A stretch of DNA of 63,628 nt, counting the filler, from an uncultured Myxococcia bacterium (GTDB lineage: Bacteria > CAZTWC01), in the NCBI GenBank assembly GCA_964617105.1. It is 27 parts of 27 records of this genome, joined end to end, with 100 filler letters (N's around TTAATTAATTAA, not from the genome) between each part and the next. Parts side by side here need not be neighbours in the genome. Positions count along the whole stretch, not along the records: positions 20,206 to 22,562 come from CAZTWC010000436.1; positions 22,663 to 25,005 come from CAZTWC010000437.1; positions 25,106 to 27,427 come from CAZTWC010000438.1; positions 27,528 to 29,836 come from CAZTWC010000439.1; positions 29,937 to 32,235 come from CAZTWC010000440.1; 22 more parts are not named here. One strand, 5' to 3'. The stretch's first letter is position 1. Each line of letters opens with the position of its first letter. Under the pieces are notes generated by a model. That model saw nothing but the letters and a program-made list of their open reading frames with translations, ran no database searches and was not told the origin of the DNA. The position numbers and the translations under genes are program-made. Below, one piece after another: positions 20,106 through 31,304 of this stretch.

Positions 20106-20205
20106 NNNNNNNNNNNNNNNNNNNNNNNNNNNNNNNNNNNNNNNNNNNNTTAATTAATTAANNNNNNNNNNNNNNNNNNNNNNNNNNNNNNNNNNNNNNN
20201 NNNNN

Positions 20206-20671
20206 GAGTTTTCGGGATTTCTTGTGGATGGCCGGATATCTCAATGGCCTGGCTTGGTTCTATCTGAAAAAAAATGCTGGAAAAATCTTCATTCCTTTCT
20301 CCCCGCCCCTGCCGGAAGAGAAAGAGGATAAATTCGAACAGGAACTGACTCAATTGTTGGCGTTAAAACGGCAAGGTATGCTTGATTTAGAAGTGCCCGA
20401 TAATGAGTTTGATGAACTAACCATCAGGATGGGGAGGCTTTTTCTAACCTCACTGGCCAGTAATAGAACGCCCGATGAAATTATTGAAGGTTTGCAGGAA
20501 GATGCGGAAATGCGCGAAGAGGTAATCGAACTTTTACTTTCAGAAACAAATGTGCCTGTTTCTTATCAGGCACAACGAGCCTTTTTGCTGAAATTGCTGT
20601 CAGGAGATGAGGACTTCAAATCTCTTTTAAACAAGCAGACATCCAAAAAAGGATTTCCATACAACCTATAG
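20206..20671 (+). CDS. Hypothetical protein, C-terminal part
   Basis: Open frame from the contig edge; stop followed by the RBS of the next gene. Confidence 0.65.
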
Positions 20672-20683
20672 GAGAAAAGAGCA

Positions 20684-21253
20684 ATGGCACTTGAAACCAG
20701 CGCTAGCGCAACCTTTTTAGAAAGCGGGATGGGTACCATAAATGGTATCAAGGGAATTGGCCTCTCTTCCAGCACAACTCTACAGGTGCCAATTTCCATC
20801 AGCGGTGGGCTGCTTACTGCCAGCGGTGTTATAATAGGGACTCCTTTGGCAATAATAGGTGTTCACTATCTGGTTAAAAAAATTTGGGGGGAAAAAAATA
20901 TCAAAGGCGGCAAAGGTTTTTCTTCCACCAACAACAAACTGCTCCTCTCTATGGGGGTGGCGTCAACCCTGATGGTGTCAGTGGGCACAGCCATGCTACC
21001 CAGGACGCAAACTATAATGCTCGTTCATGTTATCGCTGGTTATACCTGTATTATTCTCTCTTTTATCCATATCTACCAGTATAGAAAAGTGATCAAAGCC
21101 CAGACAAAAAAATTCTGGCAGTTTTTATCGGCTCCAAAAACTGCGGCAAAATCCAACTCAAAGCCCAGGGTCAGGGTTAAAACTAAATCCAAACCTAAAG
21201 CAGTTACTAAGCCACCATTGCAGGTTATTAGCGCCCTCCCGCAAAAAGCCTGA
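20684..21253 (+). CDS. Small membrane protein with Gly-rich N-terminus, His-bearing TM helices and Lys-rich tail (possible Mad2-like)
   Basis: AGGAG RBS; about three hydrophobic segments; VHVIAG...IHIYQYR. Confidence 0.6.
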   Translation: MALETSASATFLESGMGTINGIKGIGLSSSTTLQVPISISGGLLTASGVIIGTPLAIIGVHYLVKKIWGEKNIKGGKGFSSTNNKLLLSMGVASTLMVSVGTAMLPRTQTIMLVHVIAGYTCIILSFIHIYQYRKVIKAQTKKFWQFLSAPKTAAKSNSKPRVRVKTKSKPKAVTKPPLQVISALPQKA

Positions 21254-21266
21254 AAAAAGGTATTTC

Positions 21267-22052
21267 ATGCCCTCCCACTTCAACACAATTAAATTTGACT
21301 CATCATCCCCTCCGGTAGATATCAATGGGCTGTATTATTTATTATTTCACTATGCCAATGATGAAGAACTGATTGAACTGGCCAAAACACTTAAGTGTAA
21401 GGAGAGTTCGCCCAATGGTGAGACTCGACCAGGTGAAGAGCCAAGGGAAGATTATGTCTGGCGTATTGTGAAAGCCCTTTATGCCCGTTATCAAACCCCT
21501 CTGGGGTATATCTTTAAAAATCCTACTCTTGACCAGATGTGCGACAAAATCGCCAAAAAGATGAAATTGCGGGACCTCCAGGGGGCTGGTTGGCAGAAAT
21601 TACACTGCCTGGTCACCACTATTTTTGAGAAAATCCTCCAGGCTATGCCCAGGGAGGAGCGGGAGCAACTGTTGACTAAATTGTGGAACAGTATGAGCAC
21701 CAGCACCAAAGACAAATTGAACCGGGAGTTAAAGATTGCCGATTTGTCTGCTTTTATCCACTCCAACGAAATTTTGATTGCCCATACCGTTGGGCTCCAT
21801 ATGGCCCGGGAGATGGCCATTTTCACCGCCAGTGCACTGTTGAGGGTCAGTCTTGGCACCGGTCTGGCCTTGACCGCCTCCACCATTCTCTCCAGAGGGG
21901 CTACACTGGTGCTGGGGCCGGTTGGGTGGGCGCTTATGGCTGTATCAGTAAATGATTTATTGAGCACCAATTTCAAACGGCTTGTCCCGGCTTTGCTAAT
22001 TGTCCATATTGTATGGGTGCAGAACGCAGAAGGTCCACCTTATGCACCATAG
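21267..22052 (+). CDS. YaaW-like protein
   Basis: IFEKILQAM..EER..L, LGPVGWAL, FKRLVPALL pattern. Confidence 0.6.
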   Translation: MPSHFNTIKFDSSSPPVDINGLYYLLFHYANDEELIELAKTLKCKESSPNGETRPGEEPREDYVWRIVKALYARYQTPLGYIFKNPTLDQMCDKIAKKMKLRDLQGAGWQKLHCLVTTIFEKILQAMPREEREQLLTKLWNSMSTSTKDKLNRELKIADLSAFIHSNEILIAHTVGLHMAREMAIFTASALLRVSLGTGLALTASTILSRGATLVLGPVGWALMAVSVNDLLSTNFKRLVPALLIVHIVWVQNAEGPPYAP

Positions 22053-22474
22053 GAGGACCTGGCTGGAATATTTGCATAATTACATAAAAATTACCTGAAA
22101 TTTGAATGGGCTCTGTGCAACACTCGCTCTTCGGGGCCATTAAAAATTTGGTCATGGGGGGGGAAAGAGGGTAGTTTGCCACCACTAGAAGAATTGTTCA
22201 ATAGTTGCCACAACTGTCCAAACACGTTCAGCCAATACTCTTGTCTAAGCACCTAATTGCCAAATCCCAATACCTCTACCATAAGTCGCAACTACAATAA
22301 TATCAAGAGATTGTGGCTACCCCTGCTCATCATGCCGACACTTGGCATGGTTCTTGTTGAAATGCCAGTGCATGATCAACACCCCCATCAGCAAAAGAGG
22401 AAGATAATCATGACCAACCTGACGGCTCAAACAATTCAGTCAAAAAAGAAGATGTAGAGGATCTGGATATGCTC

Positions 22475-22562
22475 GACAATACTGCATCAGCCAAATTCTA
22501 CTACACATGGGCAATGCTTATAGCCAGAATTTATGAAGTCCTGCCGCTAATCTGTCCCCATT
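22475..22562 (+). pseudogene. IS91-family transposase C-terminal remnant
   Basis: Translates to TWAMLIARIYEVLPLICPH; no upstream catalytic part in frame. Confidence 0.65.
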
Positions 22563-22662
22563 NNNNNNNNNNNNNNNNNNNNNNNNNNNNNNNNNNNNNN
22601 NNNNNNTTAATTAATTAANNNNNNNNNNNNNNNNNNNNNNNNNNNNNNNNNNNNNNNNNNNN

Positions 22663-22948
22663 AAGGGTAGTAATACCACAGAGCCAAAGTCAGAAGAGCG
22701 GAGAGCAATTCCACCAACATGTAGCGGGGAGAAAATTTATGGCCGCAGGAGTGACACTTGCCCCGCAAGATCAAATAACTAAGGATCGGGATGTTGTGGT
22801 AAAATGGTATGAGGGTTTTGCAAGCATTACAACGGGACCGGGGTTTGACCAGGGATTCGCCTTTTGGTAGTCGCAGGATGCATACATTTAAAAAACTGCC
22901 CACACTGGCCCCGATGAAAAAAACAATAGTTTTTAATAATAGATCCAT
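22663..22948 (-). CDS. pilD: Prepilin peptidase, N-terminal part
   Basis: [30 protein letters not shown]. Confidence 0.93.
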
Positions 22949-22958
22949 AGATAGTTAC

Positions 22959-23004
22959 CATAATGCGCTGTAAAACCCCTGCCTTCAGGCATGGGGAGTG
23001 TCAA
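22959..23004 (+). mobile_element. 46-bp IS200/IS605-derived miniature element
   Basis: TTAC immediately 5'; CCCCTGCC-TTCA-GGCATGGGG hairpin; ends TCAA. Confidence 0.7.
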
Positions 23005-23054
23005 CATTATTCCTGCCAACCAACCGCCTGGGTGAATGCCGGGTTGAGTAGTTT

Positions 23055-24716
23055 TTAGATACGCCGCCCTGGTCTCAGGCAGTATAATAACAATACCACA
23101 GTAAATAAAATACTTAAATATGCGAACCAATCTCCCAAAAGGCTATAGACTGTAGTTGAATTTAATAACTTAACCTCCTCCAACAGGGCATCTCTTTGGT
23201 GGCCGGGGCTTTTAGCATAAATTCGCCCCAAAGGATCGATAAAAGCACTGATCCCGGTATTTACCGCCCTGACCATATACAATCGTTGCTCGATAGTTCT
23301 AAAAGTTGCCACGGCCAAGTGTAAATAGGGTTCACTGGTGTCACCAAACCAGGCGTCATTGGTGATATTCACCAACAGGTTAGGCTTTTGGGTACTGGAA
23401 AGGTTATATCTATTTACATAAGCGGGCAAAATATCCTCATAACAGATAATAATTCCCAATTTGGCTTTATCGAAAAGAAAGAGTTGCGGATCATCACCGC
23501 GGTTGAAACCGCCCAGGAAACCGAACCATTTATTCAATTTTTTAACTAAAAAAGGAAAATGGTGTACCAGGGGAATATACTCACCAAAAATCAGCAGAAA
23601 GTTTTTGTCGTAACGACCCTTTATCATCCCTTTGGAGTCTATTAAAAAGGCCGAATTGTAAACTTGATAATTACGAAGGTGCTCTTTCTGCTGGCTAAAT
23701 TGTTTATAGGAGAGCGCGCCGAATATCAGAGGAGCGGTAAATCCACGTTGAGGAGCTATGGCATCCAGCCGTCTCAAGGGGATTTTCTTTTCCTCTTTCA
23801 GGGTTGCTCCCAGGGGAATTTTAGATGGGAACAGATGGTCCTTCCCGGGTTGCAAGCGTCGATCTATAGAGTATTCGTAGGATGATTCGGGCCAGATGAC
23901 CAGTTGAGCCCCGTTATTTTCCAGTTTTTTACTCATCTGGTAGTGGATATACATATTTTCCTGCCGATCTTTTTTTCCTTCCTGGATTCCAATATTACTT
24001 TGAACGACCCCAACTTTCAGCCTGTTTGTCTCGGTTTGAATACGGTTTTTCCATTGTACCATCCTTACCTGTCCATAAATCAAAGTTGTCGTCAGAATAA
24101 CCACCGGGAAAATCAATTGATTGAGGTATAGTTTGCCGGGATTATTTTTTTGGGCCAGATAGGTGTCCGCCAGCCGAAAAATGGTGAAATTGGACAGCAC
24201 AATTAGGAAAGAGATACCGCATACACTTGTGATATCCGCTAGTTGGGCTATGGTATAAAAAAGATACTGGCTAGCCCCTATTTGCCAGGGAAATATTTGT
24301 GGTGATAAAAATTCTATTGCCACAAAGGTAAGAGGATATATACCAATAGCCAGGCGATTAAATCTTTGGCTCAACCAATGGGCCAGGCATATCCAGATCC
24401 CAAAGGGGAGAGAGTGGGCCAGGCAAAAAAGGATAAAAATAGGAAGCGCCGCTGCGACATGAAGGTGTCCGTGGTTTAGCAGCAGGTAAATCAGCCAATA
24501 GAAACCACCGGCGTTTATTACAATGCCACCAATCCAGCCATAACAGAAGATGGCTTTCCAGTTGGCGCCCCGGCAGGCAAAAAACAGCGGAACCAGGGCC
24601 ACCCAGGCCAAAAAATAGAGATCCGCCGGGGGAAAACTGAGAAAAATCAGCAGCCCGGATAAAAAACTTAGCAACAGTTTATTGCTCTGCAACATGAAGG
24701 GAGAAAACTTTCTCAA
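23055..24716 (-). CDS. lnt: Apolipoprotein N-acyltransferase
   Basis: VVQSNI, WPES, YDK..L..FGEY, ICYED, NITNDAWF, RAVNTGIS. Confidence 0.95.
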   Translation of the reverse strand: MRKFSPFMLQSNKLLLSFLSGLLIFLSFPPADLYFLAWVALVPLFFACRGANWKAIFCYGWIGGIVINAGGFYWLIYLLLNHGHLHVAAALPIFILFCLAHSLPFGIWICLAHWLSQRFNRLAIGIYPLTFVAIEFLSPQIFPWQIGASQYLFYTIAQLADITSVCGISFLIVLSNFTIFRLADTYLAQKNNPGKLYLNQLIFPVVILTTTLIYGQVRMVQWKNRIQTETNRLKVGVVQSNIGIQEGKKDRQENMYIHYQMSKKLENNGAQLVIWPESSYEYSIDRRLQPGKDHLFPSKIPLGATLKEEKKIPLRRLDAIAPQRGFTAPLIFGALSYKQFSQQKEHLRNYQVYNSAFLIDSKGMIKGRYDKNFLLIFGEYIPLVHHFPFLVKKLNKWFGFLGGFNRGDDPQLFLFDKAKLGIIICYEDILPAYVNRYNLSSTQKPNLLVNITNDAWFGDTSEPYLHLAVATFRTIEQRLYMVRAVNTGISAFIDPLGRIYAKSPGHQRDALLEEVKLLNSTTVYSLLGDWFAYLSILFTVVLLLYCLRPGRRI

Positions 24717-24746
24717 GGAAACCGCACTTCATATTTACCAACGATG

Positions 24747-25005
24747 TTATCGTTGGTTTTTTCTGGGGGAGAAGCGTTGTTTTTTTTGTTGTTGTGTTCT
24801 TGGACTATAAATGGTACGCCGATATTTTCCCAGCCAAAAATAGAGGCTGGTGCAGGCGATAAAAATAATGATACCGATAAATTGAGAGGTGGAGATAGGG
24901 CCAATATATTCACGGTCGGAATCTCCACGGAAAAATTCGGTAATAAATCTGAAGGCGCTGTAAATCCAGAAGTACAAGATAATTAATTCACCATCAAAAC
25001 GTTTC
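24747..25005 (-). CDS. lgt: Prolipoprotein diacylglyceryl transferase, C-terminal fragment
   Basis: YSAFRFITEFFRGD...STSQ; upstream of lnt. Confidence 0.85.
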
Positions 25006-25105
25006 NNNNNNNNNNNNNNNNNNNNNNNNNNNNNNNNNNNNNNNNNNNNTTAATTAATTAANNNNNNNNNNNNNNNNNNNNNNNNNNNNNNNNNNNNNNN
25101 NNNNN

Positions 25106-27227
25106 TTGGCCATGTTGTGGAGAGATACCTCCAAGAGTCCTTTAGCCTCGTCTGGTTTCAAATCTACACTCGATTCAAATAGATGACGTAATATCGTTTT
25201 CGCTTCATCTCTGTGGTGAAAAGATAACCTTGGCCGAATCAGAGTGGCCAATGATGTTTCTGCCCGATAGGCAATCATTTTTATGGTATCCATTATTTGC
25301 TTGCGTTTTTCCACCAACTTTGTGATCCGTTCATTTTCCGGTAACTCAACGATCTTCACATACCGCTTCGTCTCTTTTCGACGTTTCTTCAACTCCTCTG
25401 CTTCATGCTGCCGGAATTCTATTTCCTCTTTAAGTTCACTCTTTTTCCGCTCATATTCCCGGACCTTCCGTCCTTCAATATCAGAAAGCGTCAAGGCCCC
25501 AAATTTAGCATGCAAATTATTGAGTTTAGACACCACACTTTTCACCTGTTTATCAAGTTCACGATAAAACGGATTCACCACTCGAGCAGTCTCATCTAAC
25601 TCTTCTACGCCATACTCTAATACTTTATCTATTCCAAAATGTTGCCTCATATATTTAAAGAAGTTCTCCTGAGACCAGCGAGAAAACAGTGCCGATGCCA
25701 AAAGCCGTGATTCTGAACCATACTCCGTGCTCACCATTGACGTCTGTTTGCCACTTTTTGTCAGTTTACGAATTTCTCGAACCCATATTTTACCGCTCTC
25801 TAAATACTTTCCCCGTTCCGCTAATTCCATCTCCACATGCTCGCCATTGGGCATTGTCACCTCTTCCTTGATAAATTCCTTTTCCGGCCAGTTCTCCTTG
25901 GCATATTTTGTATAGGTAATGCAGGATATTCGCTTCTCCCACATCTTCGACATAAATTCCGGACTATATCCTTCTCGGTCGAATATCAGCACAAAACGAT
26001 GCAAATATCGATTGCATTTCAATGCCCGCTCTGATGGCTGATTGGGAACATCGGCCAGCAATTTGGGCACTATTTCGTTGCGTAACATCGCTATTAAGCC
26101 ACCGGTCTGTGCAGTGCTCACCAAAAAAAACGGACTACCAATAGCGTTATTGATCCAATAGTCTACCATACCTCGGAGACATAACCGTTGGCGGGCTACG
26201 TAACGACGGGGCAATTTTGCCTTTTTGCCGTTATATACCCGAACATGACCATCCACATATAAAAATCCAGCCAGTTCGCTGGTCTCCTTTAGCCACTGGG
26301 ATGTCAAACCGTGCTGCCATCTTTTCACTGAACCTTCGGCCAATATATCTACCTTACGCCGTAATGTCTTGGCTTCTGGTATCCGATCAAGGCCAACTAC
26401 CTTGCCCAACTCTCCTGGACATAAACTCTTCACCTGTTCTATTGACCGGATTCGAAGCAACACCAAACTGGCAAAAATCACTAACAGGCTTAAAAGACCG
26501 TAATAACCTTTCGGGATATCAAAATATTTTTGGGAATTAGACAAAAGACCATTGGCTATTAAGGCCGGTAAAGCGAATAAAACTCCCCCGCATTGAACAT
26601 CACACACATGCTCGAATTGACTCGCCGCCTCTTTTAATTCTCCCAATGACGCCGCCACGCGCTCCAACTCCCGCGTTGCTCCACGACCCATATGGGCTGC
26701 GACATCCTCCCGCATCCGCTCGCTTTTATCTTTTTTGATGATTAAGTCATCTTGGTTGGCTTTTTTTTTGAGGAAGGGGAGGGACGATGCAATTTGCCGC
26801 TACTGATGGCCTTGCGGATTGTGTCGGCTTTTACCCCTATTTCCTTCTCGATCTCACCCGGCGTCTTACCATGGGCCAACAGTTCCTGGGCCTTTCCCAA
26901 TACTTCCGGCACTAATACCCGGGGGTTACGCTTCCAGGTTTTGATGAAAAACGCTCCCGGACCATGGTCCCGGTATTTTTTTACCCAACGTTTCATGTTG
27001 ATCGGATTAAAGCCAAAGGCCTTATTTATCTCTGCCTGAGTTGCTACTCCCATTACGTGAAGTTGGGCCATAAACATTCGGAAAGAATCTTCATCGTTTT
27101 CTTGATGAAAAAATAATGGCATTTGACCATTGAAATACCATACCTGACCATCTTTTTTCATATATCCCACATTGGAATTTATTAAGGTAATTTCTGGCGG
27201 GAATATTGGTAGAGACATTTGTGGCAT
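25106..27227 (-). mobile_element. IS element: HTH orfA (26742-27227) plus DDE transposase orfB (25106-26715), joined by a -1 slippery A9G
   Basis: YVDGHVRVY, FDREGYS, RWSQENFFKY motifs; the -1 frame at A AAA AAG reads into orfB. Confidence 0.85.
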
Positions 27228-27527
27228 CTTTGTTTACCTCCTTGAATCCAGGTGCTTTTTCAAATCCTATCAATTCCAGGATAACAAACAAGTAATTTTT
27301 TAGAACATACTGTTATTATAACCTTTTAAACACTGCATGGCATAATGGCCGACTTAAGAGGTCAGGTGGTCTGAGTTTATTAAATGCCATGTGGGATTTA
27401 ATAAAAGTTTTAGTTTGTGGTTTGGCCNNNNNNNNNNNNNNNNNNNNNNNNNNNNNNNNNNNNNNNNNNNNTTAATTAATTAANNNNNNNNNNNNNNNNN
27501 NNNNNNNNNNNNNNNNNNNNNNNNNNN

Positions 27528-28823
27528 ATCCCGAACCAGAACGATGGCATTGGATTTTACATGCTTGGCCACTTTCCAGGCAAACTGTAGATCTTTCATC
27601 TCTTTGGGGGAGGGTTTTCGTCCTGAGGCTTGCTCCCATTGCTCAACCGGAGTAAACTCCTGGTCAACCTCCTGGGCCAGCATACCACCTTTGATATAGC
27701 GGTATTCCAAATTTAACCTGTTGGATATATTGGGCTTATGGTTCAGGTTAGGCATTTTCAGGATTCTTCTCTTTTTCTTTTTTCGTAACTTTTCCAGGGC
27801 TTCCGGGGTATAGTCTGGGGCAATAATTACCTCCAGAAAAATGGGGTGAAGTTGTTTGGCCAACTCAATATCCACCGGCCGGTTTACAGCGACAATGCCT
27901 CCAAAAGCACTAACTTTGTCCCCCTCCAGGGCTCGTTCAAAGGCGCTCGTAACTCCATCTTTCGATACGGCTACTCCACAGGGGTTGGCATGTTTGACAA
28001 TAACAGCAGCGGGGCGTTCAAACTCAGCCAGCAGATTTATCGCCCCTTCAGCATCGGTAAAATTGTTGAAGGAGAGTTTTTTGCCCACTAATTTTTCCGC
28101 CTGCAACAAACTGTTTGAGGCATTCTGGCCGCTAATACTGTAGATGGCAGCCTTTTGGTGAGGATTTTCACCGTAACGTAGTTCCATCTCCCTGGAAAGT
28201 TGGATAGAGATATCGCCTGGCAATTCCCCTTCCTCTTTATCCTCCCGAAAATAGGCATCAATGGCAGCGTCATATTGATTGGTGGAGTTAAAAACCTGTC
28301 CGGCCAGCCGTTTTCGGGTCTGTAAGGTGACAGCACCGTCATTTTCTTCTAACTCGGCCAGGATATTACTATATTCACCCGGGTTACAGACCACGGTTAC
28401 AAATTTGAAGTTTTTTGCCGCCGCTCGCAGAAGAGTGGGTCCGCCGATATCAATATTTTCGATAATTTCCTCTTCCGGAGCGCCGCTATCTTTTACTTTT
28501 TGAAAAGGATATAGATTTACCACCACCAGATCGATGGGCTCGATATTCAATTTTCCTAATATTTCTCGGTCCTGCTGATGGTCACGCCTAAAAAGAATTC
28601 CGGAATGGATAACCGGATGCAGAGTCTTTACCCGGCCGTCAAGAATTTCTGGAAAAGAGGTGACCGAGGATATATCTTCCACCTCTATCCCCTTTTGGCG
28701 TAAATAGTTGGCGGTATTGCCTGTGGAGATTATTTGGATATCATGTTTTATCAGTCCAGCAGCCAACTGATCTAAACCAGTTTTATCGTATACACTTAAT
28801 AGCGCCCGATGGATCTTTTCCAT
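27528..28823 (-). CDS. purH: Bifunctional AICAR transformylase / IMP cyclohydrolase (3' truncated)
   Basis: [38 protein letters not shown]. Confidence 0.97.
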
Positions 28824-28847
28824 TTTTATTACTCCTTCGTTCTTTAT

Positions 28848-29258
28848 CTATTCATCGTCATCCATCTCTTTCAATTTGTGTAGCCCGGTTGACTCGTATT
28901 GGCGTATTCTCTCCCTGGTCAAGTTTAACATTTTGCCTATGTCATCCAGGGTCATTCCACCCTTGTCCGCCAAATCTAGAGCACAAGTTTCCGGCATTTC
29001 CCAAATTTCCAGGTCTGGGAAATTTATTTTAATCGATCCGGTGTTGGGATTAACATCCAGGTAGAGATTATATTTGCAACTTACATATAGGCAAGGTCTG
29101 GGACCATTTACACATTCGCCCCTGGTTTTGGGCTGGCTCGCCTTAAAGCGTTCCACGTCCTTCATGGGCTTTTGTTCTTCACGGATCCGTTGCATATCTC
29201 TTTGGTTTATGGTTTTCGCCCTACGCCTTCCGTCAATGGTGACGCTTTTTCTTTTCAT
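28848..29258 (-). CDS. Stand-alone sigma-70 region 4 HTH protein with Cys motif
   Basis: [39 protein letters not shown]. Confidence 0.85.
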   Translation of the reverse strand: MKRKSVTIDGRRRAKTINQRDMQRIREEQKPMKDVERFKASQPKTRGECVNGPRPCLYVSCKYNLYLDVNPNTGSIKINFPDLEIWEMPETCALDLADKGGMTLDDIGKMLNLTRERIRQYESTGLHKLKEMDDDE

Positions 29259-29370
29259 ATCAAGACTCCTTCGGGCACAGGTTCGATTATCATTTCCAAA
29301 TTATTAAACCAATTTTACAACGGATAATAAACCCTTACTATATCAAATCAATCTTTTTGCATCCAGCTAT

Positions 29371-29836
29371 TTATTCTGCCTTTTGAGCCACCTTATCAAC
29401 TTGCTTTAAAAATTCCTGAACCAGGTCACTGGCATACAATTTATCTAAACGGTTGGATAGATCAGCCGCCCCCTGGCTGTCACCAGTATTGTAAATTTGG
29501 TGCAATTCAGAAAAATATTTGTTCAAGGTGTCAAAAAAAGCAGCCCGTTTATCCTTATTTTCTATATCTGCGGGATAGTACTCCCCGGATTTTTTCAAAG
29601 ATATTACATTACTTTCAAGAGCAGCCTCCAACATCATCAGGTTTTCGTAAATATAGTTTCGTATAGCAGGATTAGTCCTCATCATCAGTATCCGGGGGAT
29701 CCTGGCCAGAGTTGCCAGAAACAGATCTTGCATTTTAGTTTCTTCCACTTTTCCCTCTTGGAATAAGGCCCCTTCTACCACACAGGAGGTTATACTGGCT
29801 TTCCCCTCTTCCAGGCAATAATAGTAGTGTCCCAAT
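29371..29836 (-). CDS. Hypothetical protein, C-terminal part
   Basis: Open frame from the contig edge. Confidence 0.55.
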
Positions 29837-29936
29837 NNNNNNNNNNNNNNNNNNNNNNNNNNNNNNNNNNNNNNNNNNNNTTAATTAATTAANNNNNNNN
29901 NNNNNNNNNNNNNNNNNNNNNNNNNNNNNNNNNNNN

Positions 29937-31304
29937 AATGGAGCAAAGAAAGATTGCCAAACCAATAACCAGGGAATCTGTAAAAAAGGGAAACAGAGTT
30001 GTAGCAAATTTGGGCAATGGAGTAGTTGCCAGAGCCTGGTTCAACCCTCCAAAGAAATTTGTGACGGATTGGATAACAACTGTGACGGAAATACCGATGA
30101 GGCCCTGTACCTTAATAACACCGATGACTGCAACAAAGTTGGTGTGTGCAGCAAACTGAATTACAAAAACTGTGATAATGGCTGGGTATGCGATTATAGC
30201 GAAGTAATTGGATATGAGGCTAAGGAGAGCCTGTGCGATGGGCTGGACAACGACTGCGACGGAAATATTGATGAAGAACTGGTATCCAACTCCACCCAGG
30301 GGTGTAACTCAGAGGGAGTGTGCTCCTTAATACAGCAAAAAACCTGCAAAGGCGATAGCGGCTGGATATGCGATTATAACGGAGTGACCGGATTTGAGGA
30401 GCAGGAAAGCCTGTGTGATGGGCTGGACAACGACTGTGACGGAAATACCGATGAAGATTTAAATAATTGTCCGGTTTTTGCATTAATTGAAGCTGGCGCC
30501 TATGATATGGGCAGCCCAACCGGTGAACTGGGTCGAAAACCAGAAGAGGTACTGCACCAGGTGACCTTTACCCGATCATTTTTAATACAGACCACTGAGG
30601 TCACCCAGGGACAATTTGAAAAGGTGATGAATTACAATCCCAGTTATTTTGCTGCTGGTGGCGATAATTACCCGGTAGAAAAGGTTAGTTGGTTTGACGC
30701 CATTGCCTATACGGTTAAAGTATCACAACAGATGGGCCTGGCCCCCTGTTTTACCATCAGCAATATAGAGTGTGAAGATGGCTTGATGGCCGGAAGTGAT
30801 CTGGAGGGATGTTACAATTCAACCCAAAAAGGGATTAAAAAAGCCCTGGTGTCGCTCAATGGTGTTAATCATCTGCAAGATTGTCCTGGCTATCGACTGC
30901 CCACCGAAGCGGAGTGGGAATACGCCGGTCGGGCAAAAACCATTGCTGCATTTTATAGCGGAGACATCACTTATTCAGGTTGCAGTGACGACAACCTGAA
31001 TAACCTGGGCTGGTACTGTGGTAATTCCGATAATAAGACCCAACCGGTTAAGCAAAAACTCCCCAATAACTGGAATCTCTTTGATATGAGCGGCAATGTG
31101 TTAGAGTGGGTGTGGGACTGGTATGGAGATTATTGGGGAAATGTTATTGATCCAACCGGGGCAACCAGCGGCATTTACCGGATCTCCAGAGGAGGCAGTT
31201 TCAGGGACACGGCTGAAAATTGCCGCCTGGCGTTCCGCAACAGTTTTTTACCTGCGGCCCGTAAATATTTCCAGGGCTTCAGGGTGGTGAGAACATATCC
31301 ATGA
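29937..31304 (+). CDS. Cys-rich repeat protein with C-terminal FGE-sulfatase (CLec-fold) domain (5' truncated)
   Basis: Three CDGLDN(N/D)CDG repeats; TEVTQ, PVEKVSW, RLPTEAEWEYA, DMSGNVLEW, RGGSF, GFRVV. Confidence 0.92.
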   Translation, partial: NGAKKDCQTNNQGICKKGKQSCSKFGQWSSCQSLVQPSKEICDGLDNNCDGNTDEALYLNNTDDCNKVGVCSKLNYKNCDNGWVCDYSEVIGYEAKESLCDGLDNDCDGNIDEELVSNSTQGCNSEGVCSLIQQKTCKGDSGWICDYNGVTGFEEQESLCDGLDNDCDGNTDEDLNNCPVFALIEAGAYDMGSPTGELGRKPEEVLHQVTFTRSFLIQTTEVTQGQFEKVMNYNPSYFAAGGDNYPVEKVSWFDAIAYTVKVSQQMGLAPCFTISNIECEDGLMAGSDLEGCYNSTQKGIKKALVSLNGVNHLQDCPGYRLPTEAEWEYAGRAKTIAAFYSGDITYSGCSDDNLNNLGWYCGNSDNKTQPVKQKLPNNWNLFDMSGNVLEWVWDWYGDYWGNVIDPTGATSGIYRISRGGSFRDTAENCRLAFRNSFLPAARKYFQGFRVVRTYP

